From Ginglymostoma cirratum (taxonomy: Eukaryota): a stretch of DNA of 64,000 nt. A program made the translations under genes and the position numbers. Positions 53,901-64,000 of this stretch are shown in pieces. Every line of letters starts with the position of its first letter. Within the stretch, counting starts at the first letter, position 1. The notes under the pieces were generated by a model. It saw only the letters and a list, made by a program, of their open reading frames with translations, did no database searches and was not told the origin of the DNA. Location: positions 23,284,682 to 23,348,681 of the forward strand of contig JAHRHZ010000042.1 of assembly GCA_024137785.1 (NCBI GenBank). The letters run 5' to 3'.

Positions 53901-56900
53901 GTATTAAATGTTAATAAGTAACCTTGAACTCCCACATGGGTTATGTGTAAGCAATCCAATGTGTTTAAGTTAAATGTGGATGTTGACAGTTTGGACCTGG
54001 CTTACGCATGCATTGTTTCTGGTTTATAGCTTCACCTGTACCCAAAACCACCTGCTCTTCCAGGTTTCAAAAAAAATGTCCTGTGTATTCATGCTGTCCT
54101 TTTTTTTTGTGTTTTTTTATTCCATTCTGTCAACATGATTTTCTTGGAAATATAGGTGTGTGAGATCAGGTCTCACGTAATATTTAGCAGATGAGACACT
54201 TTAATCCCACTGGGCATCCTACCTGTGGATATGGAGGCTGTGGGGGTGTGGGTGTGGCTAAGCAACTTTATAGTGTTCAAACATTGTCTGACCTAAAACG
54301 TAACCCGTTCTTTACAATGTTAAAACCTTTAGTTCTCTCAGGGCAGTGACTTGAAATGAATTCAGGGATTTATATGTCCACCAATTAAGAAGTTGCTCGA
54401 AAAGTTTAGCAGGTCTGGCAGCATCTGTGAAGAAAAAAATCAGAGTTAATGTTTCGGGGCCGGTGACTGAGGAAGTGTGTCGGGGTGTACATCGTCATGT
54501 TACCATACATCACGAACTTATCTGAACTGACCACAAAACTCCTACAGCCACTGGGCATGAGAGTGGCACACAAACCTACATCAACCCTATGTCAACTGCT
54601 AATAAGAACTAAAGACCCTTTACCCACTACGGACAGAGCCAATGTAATATAAAAGGTTCCATGCAAGGACTGCGACAAAATTACATTGGACTGACAGGAA
54701 GAAAACTGGCTATGGGAACACATGAACACCAACTAGCAACAAAAAGACATGACCAATACTCATTCGTCTCCATTCACAGGGATAAAGAGAACTACCAGTT
54801 CGATCGGGACAACGTTAGGATCCTAGGACAAGCCAAACAGAGACAAGCATGGGAATTTCTAGAGGTCTGATTCTCCACCAAGGCAATCAATAAACACATA
54901 GAATTAGACCTTATATACACACCACTGCAAAGAAAAACTGGAAATGAGGTAATATACTCCAAAGGACCCCAGAGTTTAAAAAACAGGTGGGAAAACACAA
55001 CAACACTTCATCGGAGGCTACACTGATGATGTTACCCAGCAGGGTAATGGAACGTCTGCAAACTAACAAACCAGCTCGGTGAGAGATCCAACCACAGCAT
55101 CCAAAACCCGAGCTATAAATCTACTCAAAAACATTCTGTGGTCAATCCTTTACATATCACTCACTAAGTTCATTGGTGGTCTTAAGCATGGACATACTGG
55201 CTAACATCCTCAAAACATGAACACAAAGATGTTTCCAAACTTCCCATGAGTCTGCAGTAGTACCGGCAGTGTGCAGGCACAGCTATAAGGAAAGCAAATG
55301 GAATTTTGGCATTTATTGCTTAAGCAATAGAGTGTGAAAGGAGCAAACTGTTGGTACAACTGCACAAGGCATTAGTGAGACTGCACTTGAAGTAATGTTA
55401 CAATCTTAGTCCCCTTAATTGAAGAGGGATGCAGTTGATGTGGGGATGGAGGCAGTTCAAAGGAGGTACACTAGATTGACTCCAGAGATGAGAAGAGAGA
55501 TTAAGTAGTTTAGACATATTGTCTCCAGAATTTAGAAGAATGAGAGGCGATCTAATAGACATATATAAGATGCTAAAGGGGTATGACAAAGTAGATGTAG
55601 CAAGTCTGTTTCCTGATGGAGAACTTTAGAATGAAATCACAGTTTTAGGATAAGGGGTGGCTGATGTAGCACAGAGATGAGAAGAGATTACTTCTCTCAA
55701 AGGGTCATGAATCTGTGGAATTCCCAGTTTGTGGTTGATGTAGAGACATTCAGTCAATTTAAAGAGGAGATTGATAGATATTTGATTATTAATGGGCTGA
55801 AGGGTTATGGAAAGCGGGCAGGAAAGTAAAGGCCAAGATGAAATCAGCTGCGATCGTATTAAATGAAGGAAAGGTTCAAGGTACTGAATTGCCTGTTCCT
55901 GCTCCCAAGTTCTTAAATTCTTGAGTTTCAGTTAAGGAGCTGAGAATCTTTAAAATAGTCTTTGCACCTGGCTAGAGTTGTCCTCCAACTCAGGTAAGCT
56001 CCAAAAGGACAATAATTACTGACTGCGGCTGATTCATTTCTTCCTTCAATTTGTTGGGGAATTAGATTCTTGACTTTATGTAACACCCTAACATCTCTTC
56101 TCTTTTAACATAAAAGTAGTAACGTAAGTGTATATTAACACTGAAATAGGAGTAGGCCATTCAGCCTTTTGAAACTCTATGTTAGCATATTCAGTCATAG
56201 CTGAACCTCAGCTTTACTCCACGTTTTTGCCTTTTCTCCTCATAATTTGATATCTTTATCTAACCAAAGTCTAAAAATAGGGATCAACAATACCTCAATC
56301 TATCATCAGCGTTAACATTTAAACAAACTTTTGCAACATCACAATTTATGATTAACATCTGTGGCAATTTACCACTCCAAATATTATATTTAAAATGTTG
56401 CAACGTACAACTTAAACCTTTAGAAGGGTTATAAGGCTCAGCTTAAAGAAAATATGGAAGTAGATCACTCAGCTAATGCAGAATCAGTAAGGTAACAATA
56501 TATATACTTTGGTCTTGAAATTTTAAAAGATCTGCTGCTCTAATTGTGCATAAACTTCAGAGATCAATGTAAGTATTTGAGAAAATCGACATGTATTCCT
56601 TTCTCTTTGGAATTCCAACAGTGTCCAATCAGAGATAAAGCAGGAAACTTGGACAACACTTGGAATTGTATGGAAATTGTGGGTCTTTATGTGCCTAAAA
56701 CTCAAACGTAATTACTTAATAAAGTTCATATCTTATGAAATAATTGTTGGTTTCATAAAAAAAGACACTATTTTGAAATCACACTGTGTGACATTGTTTT
56801 TTTTAGCATTCTAATTCTGTAAAAGCAATTATTTGAAACTCCCTGGTTACTTTATGTATGCATATATGTATGTTTCTATTTTATCTATTTAATTAAATTG

Positions 56901-59900
56901 TTCATTTCTCACTGTTAAAGTTTATGTGATCATAGTTTCCATTGCATTTGAGATGGTTAGATATAAACTCAAGTGTCTATTGTTAACGTTTTATCATTTT
57001 TAGTATCTCCCTCTTGCAGTGGTCAGTTTCTTAGATATTTTAAAATATCGTGTAGGGCAATGTGGTTGAGTTTTAATGGCCACTAAAACGCCAGTGCATG
57101 CACTCAGTTGAGTCAAGCTGCTACGTAAAAATGGCACTGTGGGTGTATTTACACTCCATGGATTGCAGATGTTCAAAAAGGCAGCAATTTTTTTCGAGAT
57201 AGACAGTAATACTGACCTTTTATATTATGTTCAAATTTTTTAAAAAAAGTCAGTGTCTCAAATGCCAGGTTCTCGGGCTTACTGATTTCATTCTTAGGTG
57301 TTGGATTGGTCAGTAGATTGACTTTAAAGACAGACTATCTGGGACAAATTGCACATGGACCTTGTTTCTATTTGGAAACTCCAGGTGTATTCCCCGCATT
57401 CTGGATAACCTCATGTGCAGGAATTGCCGCCAGTTGTTTGAGCTCAAGCCACAATCGACATGTGATAAGTGACTGGAGTCACTGCAATGCAGTTGAGAAT
57501 CAAAGACTGAGTACTTGACGGATGTGGTGACCTCCGAAGACAATGCATGGTAACAAAATGAGGGGATGGGAAAGGCACAGGCAGTATAGAAATTCACCAT
57601 GGCAATAGACTTACAAACTAGATTATTGTTTTGGGTAAGTGCAGACAGTCAGGTCTCCTTGAAGAAATGCAGCAATAATCAAAAACCAACCAGATAGAAA
57701 ATTGCTAGAACACCAGAAAAATCAGAAGGATTTGAAATGCAACAGTCATGTGTGGGTCAATAATTAGGACCACAGCAACCGCAAGTGTGGCTCCCAGATA
57801 TTGCCTGTCTACTGTCAGGCAAATGGTAAATGCTGTAACTTCCTTCATTATTGGGTCACTACATTCTTTACAGCAAAAAGGTAAACATGTTCAGCATGCA
57901 CTGGTTAGACCGAAGGGTATGTTTCTGTGCTCTACGACTCTATGACTGTATGTCAATTATAACCATAGATAAACAGATAATAAAAATTATCCATTATTTG
58001 TCGGTCAGTCTGATTGGGTCTAAGATTACTGATAATTGGTATATTTTGTTCCATTAGGTAATCCAGTGGTTGGGGAGGTGTCTCAGCCAAGTCTGGTCAA
58101 CATCCTGAGAGGAAAGCCAGCCACATTAAACTGCACATTTAATTACATTGCAAATGACAGTAATTGGATCTACATATTCTGGTACAAGACCTCACAGGGG
58201 ATTACTGAGAGAATAACCAGAGAATATTCAGAGAATAATCTGACCTGCATCCCTGACATTGCTCCACACACTTTTAGCCACTGTGCTGCAACTCTGACGA
58301 TCAAAAATGTTTCTTTTAGAATGTCTGATTCAAATTATACATGTGTGGTGAAGGTACCAACTATCTACCCACCAATTGAGGAAAAAGGACCAGGAACACA
58401 ATTGCATGTTGATGGTAAAGTGCATATTCTATTATAAATGTTTGCATATATGGTATTACTACTTTTTTTAAAAAGCATCAGAAATTTAAAATTAATGTAA
58501 TATCATGTCCTTTGATTTCATTAATGACTTGCTGAAACAATGAACAGGATTTTGCATTTTAGTATCCCAGTGTTGAGGTCAAATTGAGGTTCCAACCCTT
58601 CACTCTATCAGTGCGGTCACATTGTCATGATTTTTGGCCAGACATTGTGCATCCTGCCAAATTAAAGCTGGTGGGATAGGCCCGCAAAGCTGGAAAGTCA
58701 ACAAGACTTTCTCCAACAGTCCACTGTTGCAGGTGAAGGAGAGAGACGGTGCCTCCATCTTTAGATATTTTCCGCGCACTTTTGAAACATGAGAAGTAAA
58801 ATATAGTTCTGACTGTCAGGCCACCACTGTGAAAGGGGGACCCACAATACAGGGTGACCTGCAGCCATGGCTGTGATTGAGTAGGCCGGGAGAACCTGTA
58901 GCCTATTACACCAGCCACCATGTCTGCCACCTGGAAATCACCTTCAGGAAGTTGGATTGCTCTGGAAATTCCAGTTAGCCATTGAAAATTGGCCTCAAAT
59001 GACTTTCCATTTACTTGAATTGGCTATGAGTCACTTGTGGCCTGATGGTCGGATGATATTGGTAAACTGGCATGCATTGGTGTGGAAACATGTAGTCACT
59101 CACTGCCTCCAGACTTCTCACCCAATTGGACAGAAAACTGAGTCTCATGTAAGTGCAATTACATGCAAGATAATTAGTTAAAGAAGTAAGATTGAATTGA
59201 TTAATTGAGAATCCTCACTGGGAGACTGCAAAATTTGCTTTTGGATATTGTGTAATAACTTAGCTGCAATAGCTCAAATTAGGCTTCTTATTTTCAAATA
59301 TGTATCATGCTGGCATACTATAATTCAATATTTTCCATTCTAATTCATACTTTTTTTATCTCACTCATGTATAATATTACAACTTAACTTAAGATCTTGC
59401 AAAAAAATCCATTTCTTAGATGATTCATTCCTTGTACATGCAGTCTCTTACATAAGGTGTTTTCCACAAGTCCCACACAATTTCTGGAACCTATTGGCAT
59501 CTTTAAACAACAATGTAATCATAACCCATCATAACAATATAAAAAGAATATATACTGCAGATTTATTATGTTAACAGTGGTCCATGACATAGGAAGAGGT
59601 GAGTTCCACTTTGAAATGCAATTGAACGGTTTGGGCTTAAAGATGTAACATTCTGAAGTTCCCATTGAAAACAATGTTAGGCTTCATGTAGACGAACATA
59701 TTTTAGACAAAATCTTAAGGATGAAAGACAATTTGTCAAAAAATAGAAAACAACTTTTATATGACTGGCACTCAATGGATTAGGCAATCTTCCAAGACTG
59801 AAATAAAAACTATAAGCTTTGTGTAACCTCTACATGATTCATTTATTGAAATGAAGTTGCCAAGTGTGTAGAACCTGCTTGACATTAGCTTGTTATTGTA

Positions 59901-62900
59901 TTCTTTAGAATTTGCATTCAGCTTGATTTAGTTCACATTTTATGTTCCAGTTCCCCCATCTCCTCCAGCAATTTCTGTTACCCAGGAAATTTTAGTAGCA
60001 GAAAAGGCATCTTCATTGTACTGCCTTGCTGGGGGGTTTTATCCTCAGAATATCTCCATTAAATGGCTGCCAGCCATCCTGGACAATTCTCAATCTTCAA
60101 CAGCGGATGCTGAAACGAGATATATGACTCAAGAGTCCACTTTCAGGAACATTGATGGCACATTTAACACTACTAGTCAATTGACATTTGTTCCCACTTC
60201 ACAAGACCATGGATTAATCTATACTTGTCACATCCATCATTCAACAAGTGAAAAGCAAATGACAAAGCAGATAAGGCTAAATGTGAACTGTAAGTATGTT
60301 GCCTTAATGTATTTTTCTGATGGACTGATGCTTTTAGCCTTTAATTTGTGGCATACTCCTAATGTAAGCCTGAAGGGGCCTAAATGCTGATTGTTTTCCT
60401 GAAGCTTTGCAAGATGATAATGCAATATTAGCCTTGAGTGTACATATGATGACAGGCTGAGTTGGAATGTCCAAGATAACACATTGTTCTTTCAACTTTT
60501 CTATATGGAGTAAAAAATCCATCTCAGATGGTTGGGATGAAGACATTCTGGGCGTAATTGTCTTACATTAATAGGGAATCCCAATGAACCTGGCCTGTAA
60601 ATGGAGTTTTGTTTTTAGCTTATCATTTCACAGTGCAGAAAGAGTTCAACTTTGAATCTGGACATGCATGGCTAGATTTTGGAAATGCCATTTGGTAACT
60701 GGAGTTGCAAAGTCCTTGAAGTAAACTAACTGGACAAACACTGGGCTGCTTTGTAGGAGTAAATTGAAGAGTTCCTTTGAAAACTTGCACAGCTCATATG
60801 GGCCAAATATGTGCCCCAAAATTCTGTAACATTGTAAAATTTGTTCATCGAAGTGATAAATCTGATCTATGCTTACTCCTTCCTAAAGTTAATGGTTTCA
60901 ATACCAATGGATCTATTTTTAAATTGAGGAAAATAATGCTAAAAAGAGAAACAAGGAGACAGTTTTTTCACTATCAAACTTATTAGATAGGTTTCTGAAA
61001 ATATGTAGATTGAGGGAAATATTGAGACGATGAGATTTATCTCCTTAAAATGGTCTTAGGGCTTTGCCCTATTTACAAAACATCTTGTCAAAGACAGACC
61101 AATTTTCTGGGAGAGAATGATGGAACGTAGTTTTACATTGAAAACTTTGCATGCTTTTTATCACAACACCATTCACTGGAGCGATGACGATGATTCTTGT
61201 CAAGAAGGAAGGAAGTAGAAATTCAACAGCTAGTTAACCTTTCGTTCTCTCTTGTACATTTTCAATACTGATTTGAATGTGATCTGGCGAGTGGTTGTCT
61301 GCTTGTCTTTTGCTGAAGAATGAATATGAATAAGATTCCACTTAACAAGCAATTCTTGCACAAGTACTTTGCTTTTAAAGCGTTCCTTGGCCTAATATTT
61401 TACAATACAGAAAGTACACATTTGAGTCCTTTTAATTCCAGTCAGTTTTACTTATTCTATGTCCAGGTTGAATCTACTTCTATGACTAATTATTTCCCGT
61501 TTCCATTGTTCTGATTCAGATGGTCCAAAACTTGTCATATATTACAGGACTTCTGGCACAGATACGTTCCATCAACTGAACCAAGACCGCATCCACGTTA
61601 AGCATCAGACATTTCTTGAACTAAACTGTACAGCGGACAGTAACCCAGCAGCCACAATAATTTGGAGAAAGAAATCCCAGGAAAAAAGCTTGCAATTGAC
61701 AGCTGGAGTAAACGTTTCAATGCTGAAGATTGCAAATATTGAATATTCAGACAGGGGAACGTATCTTTGTGGAGCACAGAATGATTATGGCTTTAAAGAA
61801 CTGCCTGTAAATATATACCTAAAATCTGATTTGAGAAGTAAGTCTCTGCATGAATTCTTGATTCAGAACAAACTGAGATATAAGTAATTAATTATAAACA
61901 GAAATCATTAATTCATTTTTTCCAAAGCCTATTCATTTGCCAAACCGAGATAATGTGATCCTGTAGAATATGGCCCTATAGATAAAATAGGCCAGTGGTC
62001 AATAAGGCCATAAGCAAAACAAGAAAGACAATAGGTAAATGCATAAATTCTTCAATGTTCAATCTTCAATTCTTCAACATATCTATGGGTTTGCCTTCCA
62101 TTCTTAAAGGGTACTGGAAATCTCATCTTTATTCACTTGAATCATCTAACTCTAACCAGTCTGAGGAATATCAATATATGTGTGACCATGCTCCCATCAA
62201 AGAGTCTGTATGCTGTTGAAAAGCTAACCACAAAGAGGAACACCACTTAAGGTCCTAACGTGCAAGTCTATCTATGGAAGCTGGAGGCCCAGGCCAGTTG
62301 GAAAACCAGGCAAATGACATTCAACTTCATGAGAGAATAGGGTAGTGGAGGAGAGGAGCAGAGAAAGAATGGGGCAAAGGAGGGTTAGAAGGGGGAGAGG
62401 AAGGGGAGGGTATTGAGGAGGATGAAGAAGAGGAGGAAGAGGAGGAAGTGGAGGGGTGCGGAGAGGAGGGGAGAGGAGGAGGAGAGGAGAAGGCAGAGGA
62501 AACAGGGAGATGAAGGGGAGGGAGAGGATTCCAAGCAGCAAAGGAAGTTGGAGATTATGGAGGGAGGGATGGGGGAGAGAACAGGAAGGGGTGGAGAAAG
62601 TCAAGGGACGAAGTTAGAGAGGATGAGATGGGGGAGTATGGAGAGAAGGGTGGGAGAAGGAGAAGGGAAAAGGAGGGCTGAGGGTTGGGATGTAGAGAGA
62701 TGAAGGCTACTGAAGGGGTGACCCCCTTTAAGGGTTTCTTGTGCCCATCTGAGGCACATGTCAAAAACCCTTAAACCTTACATACCCTTTTCACCAAGAC
62801 TTGAAAACTTGATGAAACCTCACACTTACTGGAGACACTGGTCCCATTGTCATCCACTCCCTATCGGAATCACTGCAGTGGCCACTGCTGAGCCTGGCAC

Positions 62901-63942
62901 TGCAGGTTGGCTCAGCTGCTGTCATTATCCAATCAGCTGACATCTCTAGAAGTGGAATGTCCTCCCGAATCGGAGCAGCATTCTAATCTGAAGTGAATCC
63001 ATGTTACTCCCTGTTTTAAACAGCACAGAGCAGCAAGCATTTTTGTTGGTGGGCTTGCTCACAACTTTCTCATCAGTGCAGGGGTGTGAGACCTGTTAAA
63101 CTCATCATTTCCTCTGTATTGTTAGAATCAGGCCCATCCAGGCCAAGCAATGACCAAGCCATAAAGCTGGCTTTTAATGTACCTGACCAGCTTCGAATGG
63201 AGTGGTCTTCTAAAGCAATCCATTTTCACTCCAAGTCCCTATGCCCTCTCCAGACCCCTGTCTCTCTTCCACACGTGCCTTCCAAGTGCCCCATAAAATC
63301 CATCCCTTTACATTTTATGGTGTCAACGCTCTGTAAGCTGCTTGTGTCAATCCCTGAAATATCAGTATAAGTAATCCCAGCCGATCACAGTGCATCTTCT
63401 TTCATCATTCTCAAGAGTGTCCTCAAAAACAGAACTTAAATACAAGTTAACATACAAATGTTAAAATACTGGCAAAATAAGGGCAACCGCATATCTCAAT
63501 GCCCAGACTGCGCACTGGAAACATTTGAAAACCACTTTTTGCTCAAAGTAAACAGATGTGTTTGAAACTTTTCCGTCTATTTGAGGTTAAAATAGTATCA
63601 TATTGCTGCTGAGGTTTTTGAGGCTGCCTGAAGCCTTGTAATAAAAATTGAACTGAGATATCATATAAACAACTGAGGGAATTTATTTATCATTGTGAGC
63701 CATGGAATTTAAAACAAAAATGTTTATTTGTTTGAAGCTTCACCTTGTATATTGTCGATTTTATTCCAGTAAATCTGGAACATAATTTAGCTCATATTTA
63801 TCACCAGTCGTTTATGCTGTCTATATGAAACTCAAACTGCTTTTCTTTTCCTTCATAGGTAGTTTTCCAGTTCGATCTGTAACATTTCTAGTCTTTCTCG
63901 TCTCTGTCATTTCATTACTGATCTGGGGCAGTGAATGGAAAG
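44897..63942 (+). CDS. Intact IgSF type I membrane receptor, copy C: L-VJ-C1-I(C2)-TM(Arg). Exons 44897-44954, 58058-58414, 59951-60289, 61520-61837, 63859-63942; may continue beyond the window
   Basis: All five exons are open, with GT/AG boundaries and phase-1 junctions. They join into 385 codons with canonical Cys/Trp in all three Ig domains. Confidence 0.88.
45790..45990. mobile_element. Penelope-derived fold-back element
   Basis: aaacagaaattgctgg...cagcatctgtgg unit and its partial inverse. Confidence 0.7.
46020..46370 (-). mobile_element. Degenerate CR1 3' fragment
   Basis: LYKIM..LDR...LF.LAEVSKTRCH...FFTKSVM motif. Confidence 0.7.
46730..47550 (-). mobile_element. L2/CR1-group LINE remnant with nested Penelope unit (47226-47351)
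   Basis: YKVQIRNLMLYAPFAWMGA motif; nested unit has TSD CTTGTTATGGA. Confidence 0.7.
47830..48050 (+). mobile_element. Solo LTR, same family as 10579-10804
   Basis: ccaggtggacctcat...ctgattggggttgttaa..ccaatcaggga..cctggctgacaGATATAAA...gtaAATAAAgggtgac. Confidence 0.65.
48520..49360 (+). mobile_element. L2/CR1-group LINE remnant with 3' tail
   Basis: TIDKAQVR...PTTLKNLDTILDKA motif; tail gggcaataaatgctg shared with local SINEs. Confidence 0.75.
50775..53000 (-). mobile_element. CR1 LINE, ~2.2 kb including the RT domain
   Basis: VPDDWRVANV..LFKKG, QHGFVQGKSCLTN, VDVVYLDFSKDFDKV.H, SGVPLGSVLG, RRLRGDL.EVYKIM. Confidence 0.95.
54390..55132 (+). mobile_element. Penelope-like element (GIY-YIG endonuclease end and pseudo-LTR), second family
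   Basis: NVI.KVPCKDC..YIGLTGRKLA..HEHQLATKR. Hammerhead-like CTGATGA-TGTTACCCAGCAGGGTAAT-GGAA-CGTC at 55023-55057. Confidence 0.85.
55270..55922 (+). mobile_element. Degenerate CR1 3' portion
   Basis: aaagcaaatggaattttggc...gaatttagaagaatgagaggcgatcta; homologous to 1928-2590. Confidence 0.85.
58058..58414 (+). CDS. Copy C VJ-type V-set Ig exon
   Basis: ccattAG|GT...GATG|GTAAAG, 357 nt. VSQP..ATLNC...IFWYK...ATLTIKNV...YTC...GPGTQLHV, with a J-like G-strand in the same exon. Confidence 0.93.
59951..60289 (+). CDS. Copy C C1-set Ig exon
   Basis: ttccAG|TT...AACT|GTAAGT, 339 nt. LYCLAGGFYPQNISIKW...NIDGTFNTTSQL...YTCHIHH. Confidence 0.93.
61520..61837 (+). CDS. Copy C I/C2-set Ig exon
   Basis: gattcAG|AT...AGAA|GTAAGT, 318 nt. 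YGP...LELNCTADSNPAATIIW...LKIANIEYSDRGTYLCGAQNDYG. Confidence 0.93.
62335..62702. repeat. Purine-rich (GA) low-complexity tract in copy C intron 4
   Basis: ~370 bp made almost entirely of G and A on the plus strand. Confidence 0.9.
63859..63942 (+). CDS. Copy C transmembrane exon
   Basis: Strong polypyrimidine tract ttttcttttccttcatAG; (S)SFPVRSVTFLVFLVSVISLLIWGSEWK(G)|GTAAAT. Without splicing it reads GKFTKS*, stopping at 63960-63962. Confidence 0.8.
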
Positions 63943-64000
63943 GTAAATTTACCAAAAGTTGACGTCCAGCACAAATGTGAGCTGACAATTGTAAAAGATA

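Noticed and set aside
58058-58500. Rearranging Ig/TCR/IgNAR V segment
   Set aside because: The J-like G-strand is already in the V exon, which ends in a splice donor. I saw no heptamer-spacer-nonamer RSS after either V exon, and the scattered CACAGTG copies I checked (e.g. 9156, 26393) lack a nonamer.
62272-62764. Pro/Leu-rich and Arg/Glu-rich ORFs
   Set aside because: Artefacts of the GA low-complexity tract.
44897-63942. Naming copy C as SIRP, NCR3 (NKp30), CD28 or a Siglec
   Set aside because: The domain combination matches none exactly and orthology cannot be established without a search. Gene symbol left blank.

Overview
Repeat-rich vertebrate genomic DNA, almost certainly from a shark or other cartilaginous fish (HE1-type V-SINEs, CR1 LINEs with 8-bp tails, abundant Penelope-derived short elements, shark-type KRAB-less C2H2 ZNF gene). 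The ORF track misses the main content: a cluster of three paralogous, intron-split immunoglobulin-superfamily receptor genes. Their architecture is Leader / germline-joined VJ domain / C1-set domain / I(C2)-set domain / TM, with phase-1 exon junctions. Copy C (+, 44897-63942) is intact in all five exons read. It has a CD28/CTLA-4-like FG loop (TIYPP..EKGPGT), an extra Cys pair in the V domain, a C1-set domain and an Arg at the start of the TM, which suggests an activating receptor. Copy A (-, 16227-5409) and copy B (+, 24828-27576; no L or V exon found) are pseudogenes in inverted, head-to-head orientation. Both carry TGA where copy C has the TM Arg codon CGA. A ~15-finger C2H2 ZNF pseudogene, with a CR1 insertion and a CpG-rich promoter containing a 31-bp minisatellite, lies head-to-head with copy C. 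The rest is CR1, L2-like, RTE, Penelope (with minimal hammerhead-ribozyme cores), solo LTRs and SINEs. All exon calls are manual; repeat boundaries are approximate.
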